A DNA stretch of 60,700 bases, filler included, from Dirinaria sp. TL-2023a (Eukaryota), in NCBI GenBank assembly GCA_051941275.1. It is 11 parts of 11 records of this genome, joined end to end, with 100 filler letters (N's around TTAATTAATTAA, not from the genome) between each part and the next. Parts side by side here need not be neighbours in the genome. Positions count along the whole stretch, not along the records: positions 1 to 5,445 come from JAVEBF010001656.1; positions 5,546 to 10,986 come from JAVEBF010001657.1; positions 11,087 to 16,523 come from JAVEBF010001658.1; 8 more parts are not named here. One strand, written 5' to 3'. The notes under the pieces are model-generated. The model was not told the origin of the DNA. It saw only the letters and a program-made list of their open reading frames with translations, and did no database searches. A program made the translations under genes and the position numbers. Of the stretch, positions 1 to 12,221 are shown in pieces (position 1 is the first letter of the stretch; every line of letters begins with the position of its first letter).

Positions 1-884
1 GTCAAACAGTCAAAGAAACGAACGATTTTTACTGAGATTGATGGGTAGGATCTTATAAGCAAAGCTACCTACAGACAGCCAACACTCAGTCTGTATCTAT
101 TGCTTGCTCTTGATGAATGCCGCATATGAAATCGTGACAGCTTGAGGCAGCCGGTAGACAAAGTATTTGGGGATAGCCCGTCACTGATACCAACAAGACA
201 GCCGAATCAGACTGAACTCGGGGCCCAGGACAGCGATTTAACTGGAATTGGGTAATGAACGCTCTGGTGTTCGATATGTACGGCCGAAGACTTGGGATAT
301 ACTAAGCACTCAAAGGGGATGGAGGTTGGATTGGGTTTAGATGGTGGAGGGAAACCCTGGGTAAGGTAGGTAAGGTAAGTCCGTAAGGCTTCGCTGTCCA
401 ATGAGGAAAGACTGGCACCCGCACGCATTATTGTTGGTAGGCGGACCTGGTGGACGCGGTTAATCTTTTAGCTGCGAGCCGCCTATAATGTACCTAGGGT
501 TTGCCGACAACCGAGGTCCGCCGGAGGGGAAAGGAGCAATACCTTAAGCTACAAGTATCTTAAGGTATCGGAGCTCGCTGGCGGGTGATTGAATATTACC
601 AAGGAGCTAAATGTGATTGGTACAGTGGGTTTGTGAGATTTGGTCAAGAATACAGTGGCCTAGAACAATGAATCGAATCTCTCATTCTACACGAGGCGAA
701 TCAAGGCGCCAGACTCCATTGCCTGTTTGATACTTGATACATGGAGCAGCTGTTATCTGCGTCTGCCCTCCCGAGAATATCAACCAGCGCTTGATGTAGG
801 TGAACCCATAGACCATTCCCCAATGCCTGAGATGCTGCAAGAGCGGAGTATTATAAACGTGATAAGAAGCGAAAAGTGCCAGAT

Positions 885-1711
885 TCAAGCCACCATTGGC
901 GATCGTGATTGTTCCGATGATGCAGGCGGTGGTTGAGAGGGCGGTATCGGCACCTGAGAGGTCGGACAACGTGTCAGTACAGAAATTGCCTTAGAGCATA
1001 GCGCTGGGTGTCGGGTGAGCAAGACGTACATCTAATCGAGTGTTTTCTGCCATCATCCGCTGTATACCGATACCGACTCCTTCTATTACAGCCAACAGGA
1101 TGGCGCACCCTATTGCTGAGTTCCGAGCTGACCTCACACCCCCGCGTACGGCCAATGCGCCACCCGTGAAGAAACCTGCGATGACTGTAGGTGAACGCAT
1201 GTCAGCCAGGATCCCCATCTCCTCGAGTCCAGCCGCGGGCGGTTGAGAGACCTACTCGCATTGTATGGATCCTCTTTTTTCCGGATTCCCTTGACGGCGC
1301 AGTCGAATGTTGAGAATAAGCCTGACGGTGCCTATTTAGCATTGTTTTGTCTGAGCTACCGCCAAATCCATACCACCCCAAACACCAAAATTGCCACCCA
1401 GTACCGGCGCTCTGGCTTTGATCGCTGTTAATGCCCCAATACGTCGCTCGCCGTATGGTGAATTTCGGAACCCCTTGACACCGTGCCATACCGCACCTCC
1501 AATGCCCTAGAACGAGGAAGATTAGCTATAATTGCCATGTTGACGAGGAACATGTTGTAGAGGTAGGCGCATAGCATGCATCCTCGTGAGTTCGAATGCA
1601 GCGGAAAGTGCCCATAAACCGCCAGAGAACAGGATAACTTACGCCCATACAGAAAGCACCCCCAAAATCCGACAGTGCCACCCAAGGGCACGGGTCTCTC
1701 GAATGATCCAT
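885..1711 (-). CDS. TIM17: Mitochondrial import inner membrane translocase subunit Tim17 (5 exons: 1711-1643, 1506-1374, 1321-1256, 1184-1030, 953-885; 163 aa)
   Basis: The spliced translation [105 protein letters not shown] matches Tim17. All four introns are GT-AG and the frame is consistent (492 nt). Confidence 0.96.
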
Positions 1712-2127
1712 TATGCTATGGGGAAAGTAGATTAGGAGGTGGTCGGTTAGGCAGGGGGGTTTTGCGAAGGATGTTCGGTGCCAACTGCCTAGACGACGAG
1801 CAACGACAGTACCGAGTGACCGATCAAGCAGAAAGGATGTGGTATGAGAGACTAGATCCTCTGCGCTTATAAGCAGCTAGTACTGACGATAGTCTGTATG
1901 ATTCTGCTGGTTCAGTGTTCTACTCGACTTTGGCTGTGATGTTCGCCGCCGCAACATTTTCGCGCTACTCCGGCTAATGTTCGGATCAGTTTCTTGAAAC
2001 AAGATCTTGATTGGAGGACAGACCAGAAACTTTTTCATTGAGGCGATCCGAGATAATTTTGCTCCATCCCTGGTCTATTCCATGTTGTCGAGTCTTCCAA
2101 GTCTGCTCCAAGTCTGCGGCGTTCTCT

Positions 2128-5090
2128 ATGCAGCTTGGCTCCTGGAGGGTTGTTACTCGGCGGATAAATTTGGCCAAACCGTCCCTAATTCACGCCAAGC
2201 GGTGGTTTAGTATTTCACGCGTCAGAGCAGCTAAAGAACTGCATAATGACTCCACCGACCTCGATCGTACGAGAAATATTGGTATTATTGCCCATATCGA
2301 TGCGGTAGGTATTTGATATCCCCACTTCAACACCAATACTCACCTTCACACAGGGCAAGACCACCACCACAGAGCGCATGCTCTATTACAGTGGGCATAC
2401 GCGTCGAATAGGAAGTATGTAAGTCCCATAATCTCCTTGTTCGATACTTCATCTCATTATTTCCCGAAGAATTTGTTTGCAATGGAGAACTCACGTGATT
2501 CTTATCCAAATCTCTACTCCATTTATTTTTGTTCTCCCGGATTGACTCTTTTCTGTCAGATGTCGATGATGGATCGACAATCACCGATTTCTTACCTGCC
2601 GAGCGAGCAAGAGGCGTGACGATTCAGGCTGCCGCAATTACCTTTCACTGGCCACCCATCGATCTAGGGAGTGATGGCACAGCCCAGGGAACGCCAAATG
2701 CAGGATCTCTGCTGTCAACGTCCCAAGCACCTCACACCATAAATCTGATCGACACCCCCGGCCATGCCGACTTTACATTCGAAGTCGTCCGCTCGCTGCG
2801 CATTCTAGACGGCGCAGTGTGCATTCTGGATGCCGTTGCCGGGGTTGAAGCCCAGACAGAGAAGGTCTTGCAACAAGCTGCACGGTATCGTATACCTAAG
2901 ATTGTTTATGTCAACAAGCTTGATCGGGATGGCGCAGCGTTCGGGAAAACGGTCCAGCAAATCGCATCAAGGCTGCACACATGGCCTGCTGTCTGCCAAA
3001 TCCCTATTTACAGAAGCAAAGGGGAAGGCTTCTGTGGTGTTGGTGATGCGATCAACATGCAGGCTTATCGATGGGAAGAAGGTGGGAACGGCAAGCAAGT
3101 GCAAATATCAGACCTCAACTCCCTACGAGATGAGGATCCGGATCTTTTTACCGAGCTCAATAAAGCCAGAGCTGCCCTTGTTGAATTACTCGGCTCCCAT
3201 GATGAGCAAATGGTCGAAAAGTACCTCGACAATGGGGAAGACTATCTGAAAATCTCTTCCGCGGATGTAGTGGCTAGTCTGAGGCGTTGCGTCCTTGACC
3301 CGTCTACGAACATGATCCCGGTCTTTGCTGGCGCAAGCCTTCGAAACATAGGTGTGCAGCCGTTGCTTGACGCTGTCGTTAATCTACTACCCAGTCCGAG
3401 GGAAACCCCTGATCCAGAGATAGCTCTAGGGAGCGCCCATGGTACCCTCTCAAAGCTACTTGAAGGCAAAATGCTATTGGATCAGCCGCAGCCGGTGTCG
3501 GACGGAACGCCAGCTGCTGCGCAGGAATCGAGTACTGCATCGATACAAAATCTTGAAGCTTGTGCGTTGGCATTCAAAGTTGTCAATGACCCTCATCGCG
3601 GAGCCCTCGTCTACGTACGAGTCTATTCCGGCAGTATCAGAAGCGGTAGTCTGCTGTTTAATACGAACCTCCAACTCGCAGAGCGAGCACCCACGATACT
3701 CAAGATGCTTGCTTCAGATTCTGTCGAGATCGAAGATTTACCAGCAGGCCAAATCGGTGTTATCCTTGGCCTCAAACATACCCGGACCGGTGATACTCTG
3801 ATATCCTACACTGGTGCCACATCACAGACCAGTCCGCCAGCACCTCTCGATACCCTACAACTCCGGCCCATCGAGGTCCCACCCGCTGTCTTCTTCTCCA
3901 GCATTGAGCTCCGTAGCTTAAAGGACGAAAAGTCCGTCATGGATGCCTTGGCGATGCTGATCCGAGAAGATCCCAGTCTCCAGTTGTCTGTTGACGATGA
4001 CTCTGGTCAGACCCTTCTGAGCGGTATGGGTGAATTCCACCTCGAAATTGCCAGAGACAGGCTTGTCAACGATCTCAAAGCAAAAGCCGACATGAGCGGA
4101 GTCAAAATTGCGTATCGCGAGTCTGTCTTGGCAGCCTCTGGCCCGGAAACCTTCACTTTTGACCGCGACATCGCAGGCCGTCGTGGCAAAGCCGGCTGCA
4201 CAGCTACAGTCAGCCCACTGTCCGATTCCCCGTCCTCCACCGATGAAACTCCCACCGCAGACACATACACCAATATCTCAATGCAAGATGGCAATCGCAT
4301 TATTGCCACCGTCGAAGGGTCCGGTTCCCATCTCTCCCTCCCCGTACTTCACTCTGCGCTTGAAAGTGGTGCTCGTGCTGCCCTCAGCCGGGGCATCAAT
4401 CACGGTTTTCCCCTGACAAACACCCTCGTCTCACTGACCGTGGACCCTTGTTCCCAGCTCTCGCGCAACGATACCAGTCCCGCGGCTCTCTCCTCGGCAG
4501 CACGGTTCGCGACTCAAGCCGCATTGGTGAGCGCAGCTCAGCAGAGTAAGGATCGAGTCGGGGGCAATGGGAGCGCGCTGATGGAGTTGGTGATGAACGT
4601 GAGCATAAGCTGCGACGGCCCCAGCTTCGGGCTCGTGATGAACGACATCTCTTCCGCGCGGGGCGGGCATATCATCTCCATCGACGATGCCGCTTCCCCT
4701 TCTTCTTCTTCCTCCTCCAATAACAACCAGCCGAATATAGACCTCAGCAACGTCTACACCCCACCAGACCCTTTCTCAGCCACGGCAGCCCATCCCACAA
4801 CAACAAAAACCGCAAAAACAGACGGAAGCCAAGAACCCGTTCCGGATCCCACTCTAGTAGACTCTGGCTCCGGAGGAGAAGGGGGAGGCGCCCCGGAAAC
4901 AGGCGGCACGACGACGCGGACGATCGTGGCGAAAGTGCCCCTGGAGCAGATGGTCGGGTATCTGAAGCACCTGCGCAGCTTGACGGGGGGCAGGGGCACG
5001 TTCGTCATGAGCCCGGACCGGTTCGAGCGCGTCGTCGGGCCGCGCGAGAAGGAGCTGCTGAGGAAATTGAGCGGTGGTGGTGGGTGTTAG
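2128..5090 (+). CDS. MEF2: Mitochondrial ribosome-releasing factor 2 / EF-G2mt (3 exons: 2128-2304, 2354-2414, 2560-5090; 922 aa)
   Basis: Basic N-terminal presequence; G1 motif [64 protein letters not shown] and C-terminal [15 protein letters not shown], typical of fungal EF-G2mt. Confidence 0.93.
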
Positions 5091-5445
5091 GGGTTTTGAA
5101 TGTATGTAATGTACTTTATGTACTTGTACATCACTCGCATGGAAATTCATACCTTTTTTTTTTTGTTTTCTAAGAAGTTCGCCCTTGACTTTCTTGTCCT
5201 CGTACTCGTTACTCGTCCTCCCCCGTACCCCTCACTACATGCCCACCTGACCCCATCACATATTTTCCCATGTAAGTAAATGTAAATTTCGTCCCAGAAA
5301 TCAGACAAAGACCTGTTGAAAATGCTATATTGGGTTAGTGCGGTGCGTCAACTGGGTACTCTTTATTCCTATCTACCTTGTTACATGAGAATGATCGGGG
5401 GAAGATGGATAGGATTATGTAATATAAGGTATGTGAATAGGAAGG

Positions 5446-5545
5446 NNNNNNNNNNNNNNNNNNNNNNNNNNNNNNNNNNNNNNNNNNNNTTAATTAATTA
5501 ANNNNNNNNNNNNNNNNNNNNNNNNNNNNNNNNNNNNNNNNNNNN
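5446..5545. other. Artificial contig spacer
   Basis: N44-TTAATTAATTAA-N44, with stops in all six frames. Confidence 0.99.
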
Positions 5546-5983
5546 TCACCTATATTTAATTTTCTTTTTAGAGAGAGAGAGAGGTTTCATCATCTTCACC
5601 TCCCCCTCCCCCTCAAAACCAACACAACATCTAAATCTCACAAAATTTCCTCCCGAATCGAGCAAAACCAAAAGCAAAAGCAAAGAAAGAGTTTCCACTA
5701 AAAGTCCCCCCCTTACTCCTCAATCCCATCTATATCAACCCCTTTTTATCTCATAATCTCAAGATCTCAGTCAGAAATAAACTTAAACATATAAGAAACC
5801 ATTCTATCCCTCTCTACTTTGACTCTGACTCTGTTAGAATGACGACAAAAACTTTTCAAGGCTCACCCACAAAGAAAAAAAAAAGAAGAAGAAAAAAAGG
5901 AAACCCTCCCCCCCCCCAAAAACAAAAAAAAAAGATTTTTGGGGGCGGGAGAGTAGGTAATCGATAGATGAAAGCGAGTTAGA

Positions 5984-5997
5984 AAGAGAGCGAGAGC

Positions 5998-6030
<33 letters not shown>
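5984..6030. repeat. (GA)n microsatellite, imperfect
   Basis: AGAGAGCGAGAGCGAGAGAGAG... with a pure run at about 5998-6021, in a homopolymer-rich flank. Confidence 0.9.
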
Positions 6031-6031
<1 letters not shown>

Positions 6032-6327
6032 ACGAGGGAAGGGGTCAGTAGTGAAGCGGCAAAAAGTAAAGATGAGGCGAGGGCGAGGGCGTCTGATGTG
6101 TGTGGGTTCGCATACACCATTAAAAACAAATTTCTGCCTGATCTGGCAAATGAGCGTCGTTTCAATATGGTGGGAATACGTCACAATCCATCATCTTCGT
6201 GGATGCGGTTTTGGGGCTGGCTGGTGGGCTTAATATCGGCACCTTTGCCCGGGTCATGTATGGAAGCTTCCGCGAAAAAGGAATATAGAATTTTCATTTC
6301 GAGTCTAATATTACTACTACATGCTAC

Positions 6328-7737
6328 TCAAGACCGGATATAATCTCCATTCGTCAAACCATTGGCCAAGCCGTTGGCGTGGTTCTGATACCCGATCTCC
6401 AGCATCGACAACGTGCTGCCGTGCGCAGAGCGGACATTTCTCAAGACCAAGTTCCCCTCCGCATCGCCCGCTCTCTCCAGGATATCCCTGAACTCGCCCA
6501 GTTCGCGTTCCTTGGTGTTGAAGACTTGCATCATGGTCATATCACGATAGCGCATGAGCGACTCGTCGACGGCATTGGTGGTGCCCGGATCCGGCAGCGC
6601 GGTGTCCATGATCAGGAGACGTGCCGAAGGATTGGTCTTGAGGGCGGGGACGAGGTTCGTGAGGATCTGAACCGCTTCGCTGTCTGGGTGATTGTGCAGC
6701 ACCATGCGGAGTAGGTAGATGTTCGCGTGCCGGATGGGTTGCGGCTTGAAGAAATTGTGGACCGAGGTTGTGATGCGGCTGCTGATGGATTCCGGTTGCG
6801 TCTTCAAGAAGCCCGCGCAGTTGCCGATCGTATCTGGAGTGTCCTGCACGATGAAGCGCAGCTGGGGGAAGGCTTCCGCAAGCGTGATGCATCCAGTGCC
6901 GGGAGAGCCTCCGATATGCACGACGATGCCGTTGCCAACGCGTTCCCAGTCGTAGCAGCTGACTACGTGTCTCATGTTCGTCCCCTCGCTGGCCTGAACG
7001 CCTTTCATGTACGCCGCGAATCGTCGACCCAGGTCTCGGTTTCGAGTGATATAGTCAAAGGATGACAGTTCAGTGTTCATGGCGAGATTGGCGGCAGTCT
7101 CATTCTTGGCCTCTGTGGTGCCCCATTTCTCCGTTGCTTCAACGAACTTGGAGGACACTGGCATGTAAAACCGAGCCATGAAATCCACCCAGCCAAGGTA
7201 AGCGGGGTTGGTCAGGAACATGCGGGAGACGGCGTTGTGGGCGATTTCGCCCGGTGTGGGCTCGCAGAGGAAGTTGCTCGTCATGGCCATTCGAGCGATG
7301 CCCCGGAGCTGGCGCTCGGGAACACTGCAGATACTGGCAACGTCGACGTAGGGTACCGAGCCTTGGTGGGGAATGCAAGCTAGGACTTGGAAGTGACACA
7401 GCCATCGGATGGCGGAGGTGCGTTGGTACTAGGTCTGGGTGAGCCAAAGATTTTGAGAATTGGGCACAATGCATAGACATACCTGGACGGCTAAATTGGG
7501 GAGGTATTCGCACGGCTCGGTAGCTATCTGCTGGATCCTCGCCGCCGCGCCCACCATTCTCTCTCGTGCTGCGTGAACATTCTCAGGTGCGTCGTGTGGG
7601 ATTGTGATTGAGGGCGCTTCAGGATCGAGTGAGGGATGGGGAGAGCCTTCCAGACTACAGTATCCGCTGATTATCTTTGCTGCCGCACAAATTTCGTGTG
7701 CGTATGCCTCCAAAGGCGAATCTTGACACATGGCCAT
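6328..7737 (-). CDS. Fungal secondary-metabolite O-methyltransferase-like protein (Methyltransf_2; AurJ/AflJ-related fold; exons 7737-7483 and 7428-6328; 451 aa)
   Basis: 54-nt GT-AG intron. N-terminal dimerisation region (LAVQ|YQRTSAIRWLCHFQVLACIP...RMAMTSNFLCEP), then YDWERVGNGIVVHIGGSPG, FIVQD, HNFFKPQP, YLLRMVLHNHPD and KERE motifs. Confidence 0.88.
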
Positions 7738-8445
7738 GGAGATATGGGGAAAGATGCGGATGGGCAGTAGTTCCACAAGAAAAAAAATCGTCGAGGACAA
7801 CGAAGTCCTACAGCATTCGATCTATTGTTTCTGAGTCTTTTGATACCTTAGTCAGCTATATAAAATAAAAGATCGAGTATGGACAATGGACTGCATTGTC
7901 CCTATCCGATGCCCAGGCTTGGAAACACAGAGCTCCGTAGTCCAAATGACTGCATGCCGTCTGAGAAGCCATATTCGGAGCACTGCCCATGGACTTGGCT
8001 TTGTGGTGAGACCCCGATGGGACGATGATTTCGCGAGTATCAAACACGCCGTCGTCGGCTAGGGGGCGTTGGGTGGTTTGGATTGTTCTCTGGCCTGGTG
8101 CTTTGCAAGCTCAATGGATACACAGATTGAGTTTGCGGAGAGCGAGTGAGAATGATACTTTACAGAATAGTGATACACCTACAGTCACAAGAGCTTGTAG
8201 CGAAGTTGCTTGGCAGGCGCTTGGCATTCGCCTCGCTTGGAGTCTTCACGATTACCAAATACGGTATTAGCCCGATGCGCCAAGCTGAAGAGGTTCAACT
8301 GATGGCAACATCATCAAACCGCCCTCGGATGATACCGTCCCATCTCTTTCCGATATCTGACCATCTATTCCGCAGATCATCATACCATATGGTCTTAGAT
8401 TCTGGACCGTTGGGTTGCGCGTACCCTAGCGCCTTCATGAGGCTG

Positions 8446-8475
8446 CTAGGCCCTTAGAATCTAGGCCCTTAGAAT
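8446..8475 (+). repeat. 15-bp perfect tandem duplication (CTAGGCCCTTAGAAT)x2
   Basis: Read directly at 8446-8460 and 8461-8475. Confidence 0.95.
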
Positions 8476-8491
8476 CGAAGATGGAGGATTC

Positions 8492-8502
8492 TCGGTCTCC
8501 GA
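8492..8502. promoter_or_regulatory. Candidate AflR-type Zn2Cys6 binding site TCGGTCTCCGA
   Basis: Matches TCG-N5-CGA / TCGSWNNSCGR and lies in the shared promoter of the OMT and hydrolase genes. Confidence 0.4.
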
Positions 8503-8972
8503 TAACCGTCACTGGTCTCAATTGAGTATGAGGCTCATTCAGGTTCCCTCCGCCTTCGCCGCAAGCAATTGGCCAAGCTTGAAGCTAGTAACCAAAAGCT
8601 CGGTCCGAACAATGTGCAGACGGGGCCGGTTCAAACAAACCCTCCGCCCTTGAATCATCTACTTTGGTGAGCTTGGGCTAGGAGCAAGTTCGTCTAGCCT
8701 TCGCTTTCCTGGCACTGGGCTGACCTGGTAAGCATTACCGGACCTCTTCGGCCACGCGATCATCGTCGCTTCAATTCCCACAGCTGCTGACAGAGCTCGT
8801 GTCGTAGTATCCATGGCCTGGCGATGACCCGCACGAACTGTAACCTCTAATACCGGGGCAACAATTCGAAATATCAACCTTTGAGCGTTTCCGGCTACGA
8901 CAGAAGAAATAACTGCCACCAAGAATCAGAAAACGAACCAGTGACTCCTGCCACCTGCTGGCAGACTTCCAG

Positions 8973-9950
8973 ATGCCTGGGCGGCTCCACGGGGAGAAGG
9001 TGAAAACGATGAGGTTCCTTTGTCTCCATGGCATGGGAACGAGCGGTTCCATTTTCGCTACCCAGACCAGTAAGCTCGTCGTCCATCCTCAACAAGACGC
9101 TGCAATATCCGCAGACTGATCTGTTTCGAACACAGCTGCATTCCGCTCCCAACTCGACCCTCAAAAATACACCTTCGACTTCGTCGACGGCCCGCACCCG
9201 TCCGGCCCAGCCTGGGGTGTCGAAGCTTTCTTTCCCCCACCAAACTACACTTTTTGGCAGTCGCTCGACCCAGGGGACATCGCCGAAACACACCGATGGG
9301 TCCTGTCCCTGATGGCAGAAAAAGGCCCCTACGACGCCGTTCTCTGCTTCTCGCAAGGCTGCGCCGTCATCTCCTCCCTGATCCTGCACCACAACAACGA
9401 ACGCCCGGAAGAACCCCTCCCCTTCAAAGCCGCCGTCTTCGTCTGCGGCGGCATCCCGCTCGCCATCCTCGATCGCATGGGCCTCCCTGTCTCCCCCGCC
9501 GCATGGGACATCAATAACCGCACGGGGCGCGGGCTTCACGAAAAGGCCGGCGCCGCAGGTAAGGAAATCGAGGCTTTGCTCAAAGCCGGGAACACAGCCG
9601 GTGCCGCGCGCAAAGGGCTGTGGGACCGCACCGACGACCTCGTGCACCAGGTTGCCTCAAGCCTCGATCCTGAATACGATCCGCATGAATTACCGAAAAA
9701 CGATCCGTCGGACATTTTCGGTCTGGATTTTACCCGGATCCCGGAGTGTCTGAGGATTAATCTCCCGACGGTACACATCTATGGGATCAAGGACCCAAGG
9801 TATACGAGTTCCATACAGTTGGCGAGTTTCTGCACGGCGGACAAGAGGAGGGTGTTTGATCATGGTGGGGGCCATGATATTCCGCGGACGACGAGGGTGA
9901 GCGAACAGATTGCTGTTGCGGTTAGCTGGTTGGAGAAGATGATCCGATGA
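8973..9950 (+). CDS. FSH1/DUF341 serine hydrolase (LovG-like polyketide-associated esterase; exons 8973-9069 and 9136-9950; 303 aa; alternative ATG at 9009)
   Basis: RFLCLHGMGTSGSIFATQT, GPYDAVLCFSQG (nucleophile Ser), PTVHIYGIKDP (Asp) and HGGGHDIP (His); 66-nt GT-AG intron. Confidence 0.92.
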
Positions 9951-10986
9951 TTTATGCAGCTCGTCTTGGTCTTGTTAAGGGGTTTTTCTTTTTCTTTTCC
10001 TATTTAGCATCTGGGGTTACATTAGAAGTCTAGGGCTAGGCGTGGTTTAAAGGGCGTAACATTTGTCTTACCTACTAAGCATGTTGTGGTAGCTTAGAAA
10101 AGCATGATATATGTTCCATCACGAGAACCTCTTCCTTCCGCTTTCCCCCCCCCCCCCAAAAAAGGAGAGTTAGAATTTTCTTAGTATCGCTCACCATCAT
10201 CACCATCTAACCTTAACAAGTACTTTTTAGTTTTAGTAAGCCTGATCACCTTAATGAAAAGATCTCATATCCCATCTTACACATAATTCCCCCAAATCCC
10301 CCCTTTCGTAACCGAAGAAAATAAAAAAATTTTTTTTGCTTCATTTCAGTTCCTTTTTTGTCTCTCTATGTGTCTCTTTATAGCATTCAGAACGACTTTT
10401 TCGTTGTTTTGGGGGCGGGGTTTAGAAAAAAAGAGCACAGAGAGAGAGGAAATACAGAGATCTAGGACATTACATCATGTAATCAAGATTCAGGATTCAA
10501 GCTTCAAGATTCAACGTTCAAATTCAAGGAGAAGTCGAATTGTGTATTTTTTTTTTTTTTTTCTTTTTTCTTTTTCTACTTTTCTTTTTTATGGTTGCAT
10601 TATATTTAAATTAGAACAGGATGATGGAGATGAAGTATTGCAAGTATCTAAAGGAAAAAAGAGGAATGTAAGAGATGTAAGGCAGATAAATCTCGCATAC
10701 TGAATCTTCTACTTCGAATCCGAATTTTTGAAAAAAATACAGGGTAAAGAAAAAAAGAAGGGGGAGAGGATTGTTTGTAATGGGGGTTTGTAGGATTGAA
10801 AGAGTGAAAATGTGAGAGGGAGGATGAAGGAGTGTGTGTATGTGTGAGAGGGAGAAAGGGGGGGGGAATGTATAGAAAGAAAAAAGAGATGATTGGAATT
10901 AAGGGTTATAAGTGTATATGGTTGTGGCTAGGGTAAGATAGGTGCACGACATGGCGTGATATCCGTGTTGCGAGTGTAAATATAAG

Positions 10987-11086
10987 NNNNNNNNNNNNNN
11001 NNNNNNNNNNNNNNNNNNNNNNNNNNNNNNTTAATTAATTAANNNNNNNNNNNNNNNNNNNNNNNNNNNNNNNNNNNNNNNNNNNN
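10987..11086. other. Artificial contig spacer
   Basis: N44-TTAATTAATTAA-N44. Confidence 0.99.
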
Positions 11087-12221
11087 GGGGAGGGGTGAGT
11101 CATGGAGGGGGATGATGCCTGATGCAACGGTGATTGGGTTGGGAGATGTGCAAAGGATATATGAAAGGTGCTTGAGGATGTAGAGATGCAGCGTTGGTTT
11201 TTTGAGACAGGTTTCCTGGATAGAACATAGAGTTCAGATATGTCTGATACAATAGCATATCCCTGCTGTATGAGATGTTGGAAGTAAGCATTGTGTTTAT
11301 GTTTCAATCACTTTTTGGGTATGTTTTACTTTTCATGGATTTTTCTTTAATCTCTGTCATCGTGTTTGCAGGCAAAACGTCAGGCGCCGAGATTTCCTTT
11401 CCTTAGAGGTCATCAAATTTAGATGATTTTCAACAGGAGAAAAATGTGGAACCATGGTTTGCATTTCTCTCTTGGGAAGGTGGGCAATACGGGTCGAAGA
11501 ATCATAGCTCTAGGTCTGTGAGCTTTCTCCGATGCTTGCTTTTGCACCTGTAATTTTTCGTACCCATGATTATGATTCCGAATCAACGGTTAATACGAGC
11601 AGACTCCAGTCACCAAGTCGACCATTCGCACTCTTCTAAGCCATCAATCTGTCCTTCTATCTCTAAAGAAAAATCCGCCGCAGGTACTCGATGCAGACAG
11701 AGTGTAAACTATCGCTGCAATCAACGTAGAGGCATGCTTGGCTTCTGGTAATGGTCTGGCAATGTGAATGACTCGAGGAAGAAGGAAATTGGCTCCGGCA
11801 TTTCTCCCCTTCCGAAACGTATTGAAATGAATGATCTGTAATCGAATTTGAAGCCATCGAATGCGTCGCTCTTTGTCTCCGCGATCGTCCCTGATCGAGT
11901 TTTTCTTTTTCCTTGCAGTACCTCGTTCCACACCCTGCTGAGCTTTCTTTCTGCTTCCTAATATTCTGAGGTTGCCGCAAATACTACGCCGTGTTCATCG
12001 CCATTCTCCTTTCAACGATCGTTCCGTGTCCTCTCGTTCTTCCTATTGCAGATTGCACTTCAATATCTAGTACAGATGCTCGGTCGTTCTCTCACCTCGC
12101 TCTTCGATTCGTGCCTTGAAGCCTGTTCACAGAACAGCCGGCACATAATCCTCCAGTACTTACGCTGATGGTCTTCGTTCCAAGGACATGAGAAAAGCGG
12201 GAAAAACCGCTTGCCAAATGT

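Noticed and set aside
2415..2559. Overlapping donors GTATGTAAGT in MEF2 intron 2, a possible stwintron
   Set aside because: No internal acceptor regenerates a good external donor, and a single intron explains the frame.
5490..5501. TTAATTAATTAA recurring about every 5.5 kb, resembling a periodic repeat or array
   Set aside because: It is an artificial linker inside N runs; ORFs ending in X...LIN or X...N are artefacts of it.
5834..6184. Phe/Leu/Ser-rich ORFs here and at 10368-10703 and 16775-17158
   Set aside because: They are translations of homopolymer and microsatellite tracts.
8895..9647. 250-aa minus-strand ORF and similar long antisense ORFs over GC-rich genes
   Set aside because: These are shadows of well-supported genes on the other strand, with no recognisable motifs.
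11721..12189. Splice-like signals and charged short frames downstream of the HeLo-like/ankyrin gene
   Set aside because: I could not build a consistent multi-exon frame or recognise any homology.
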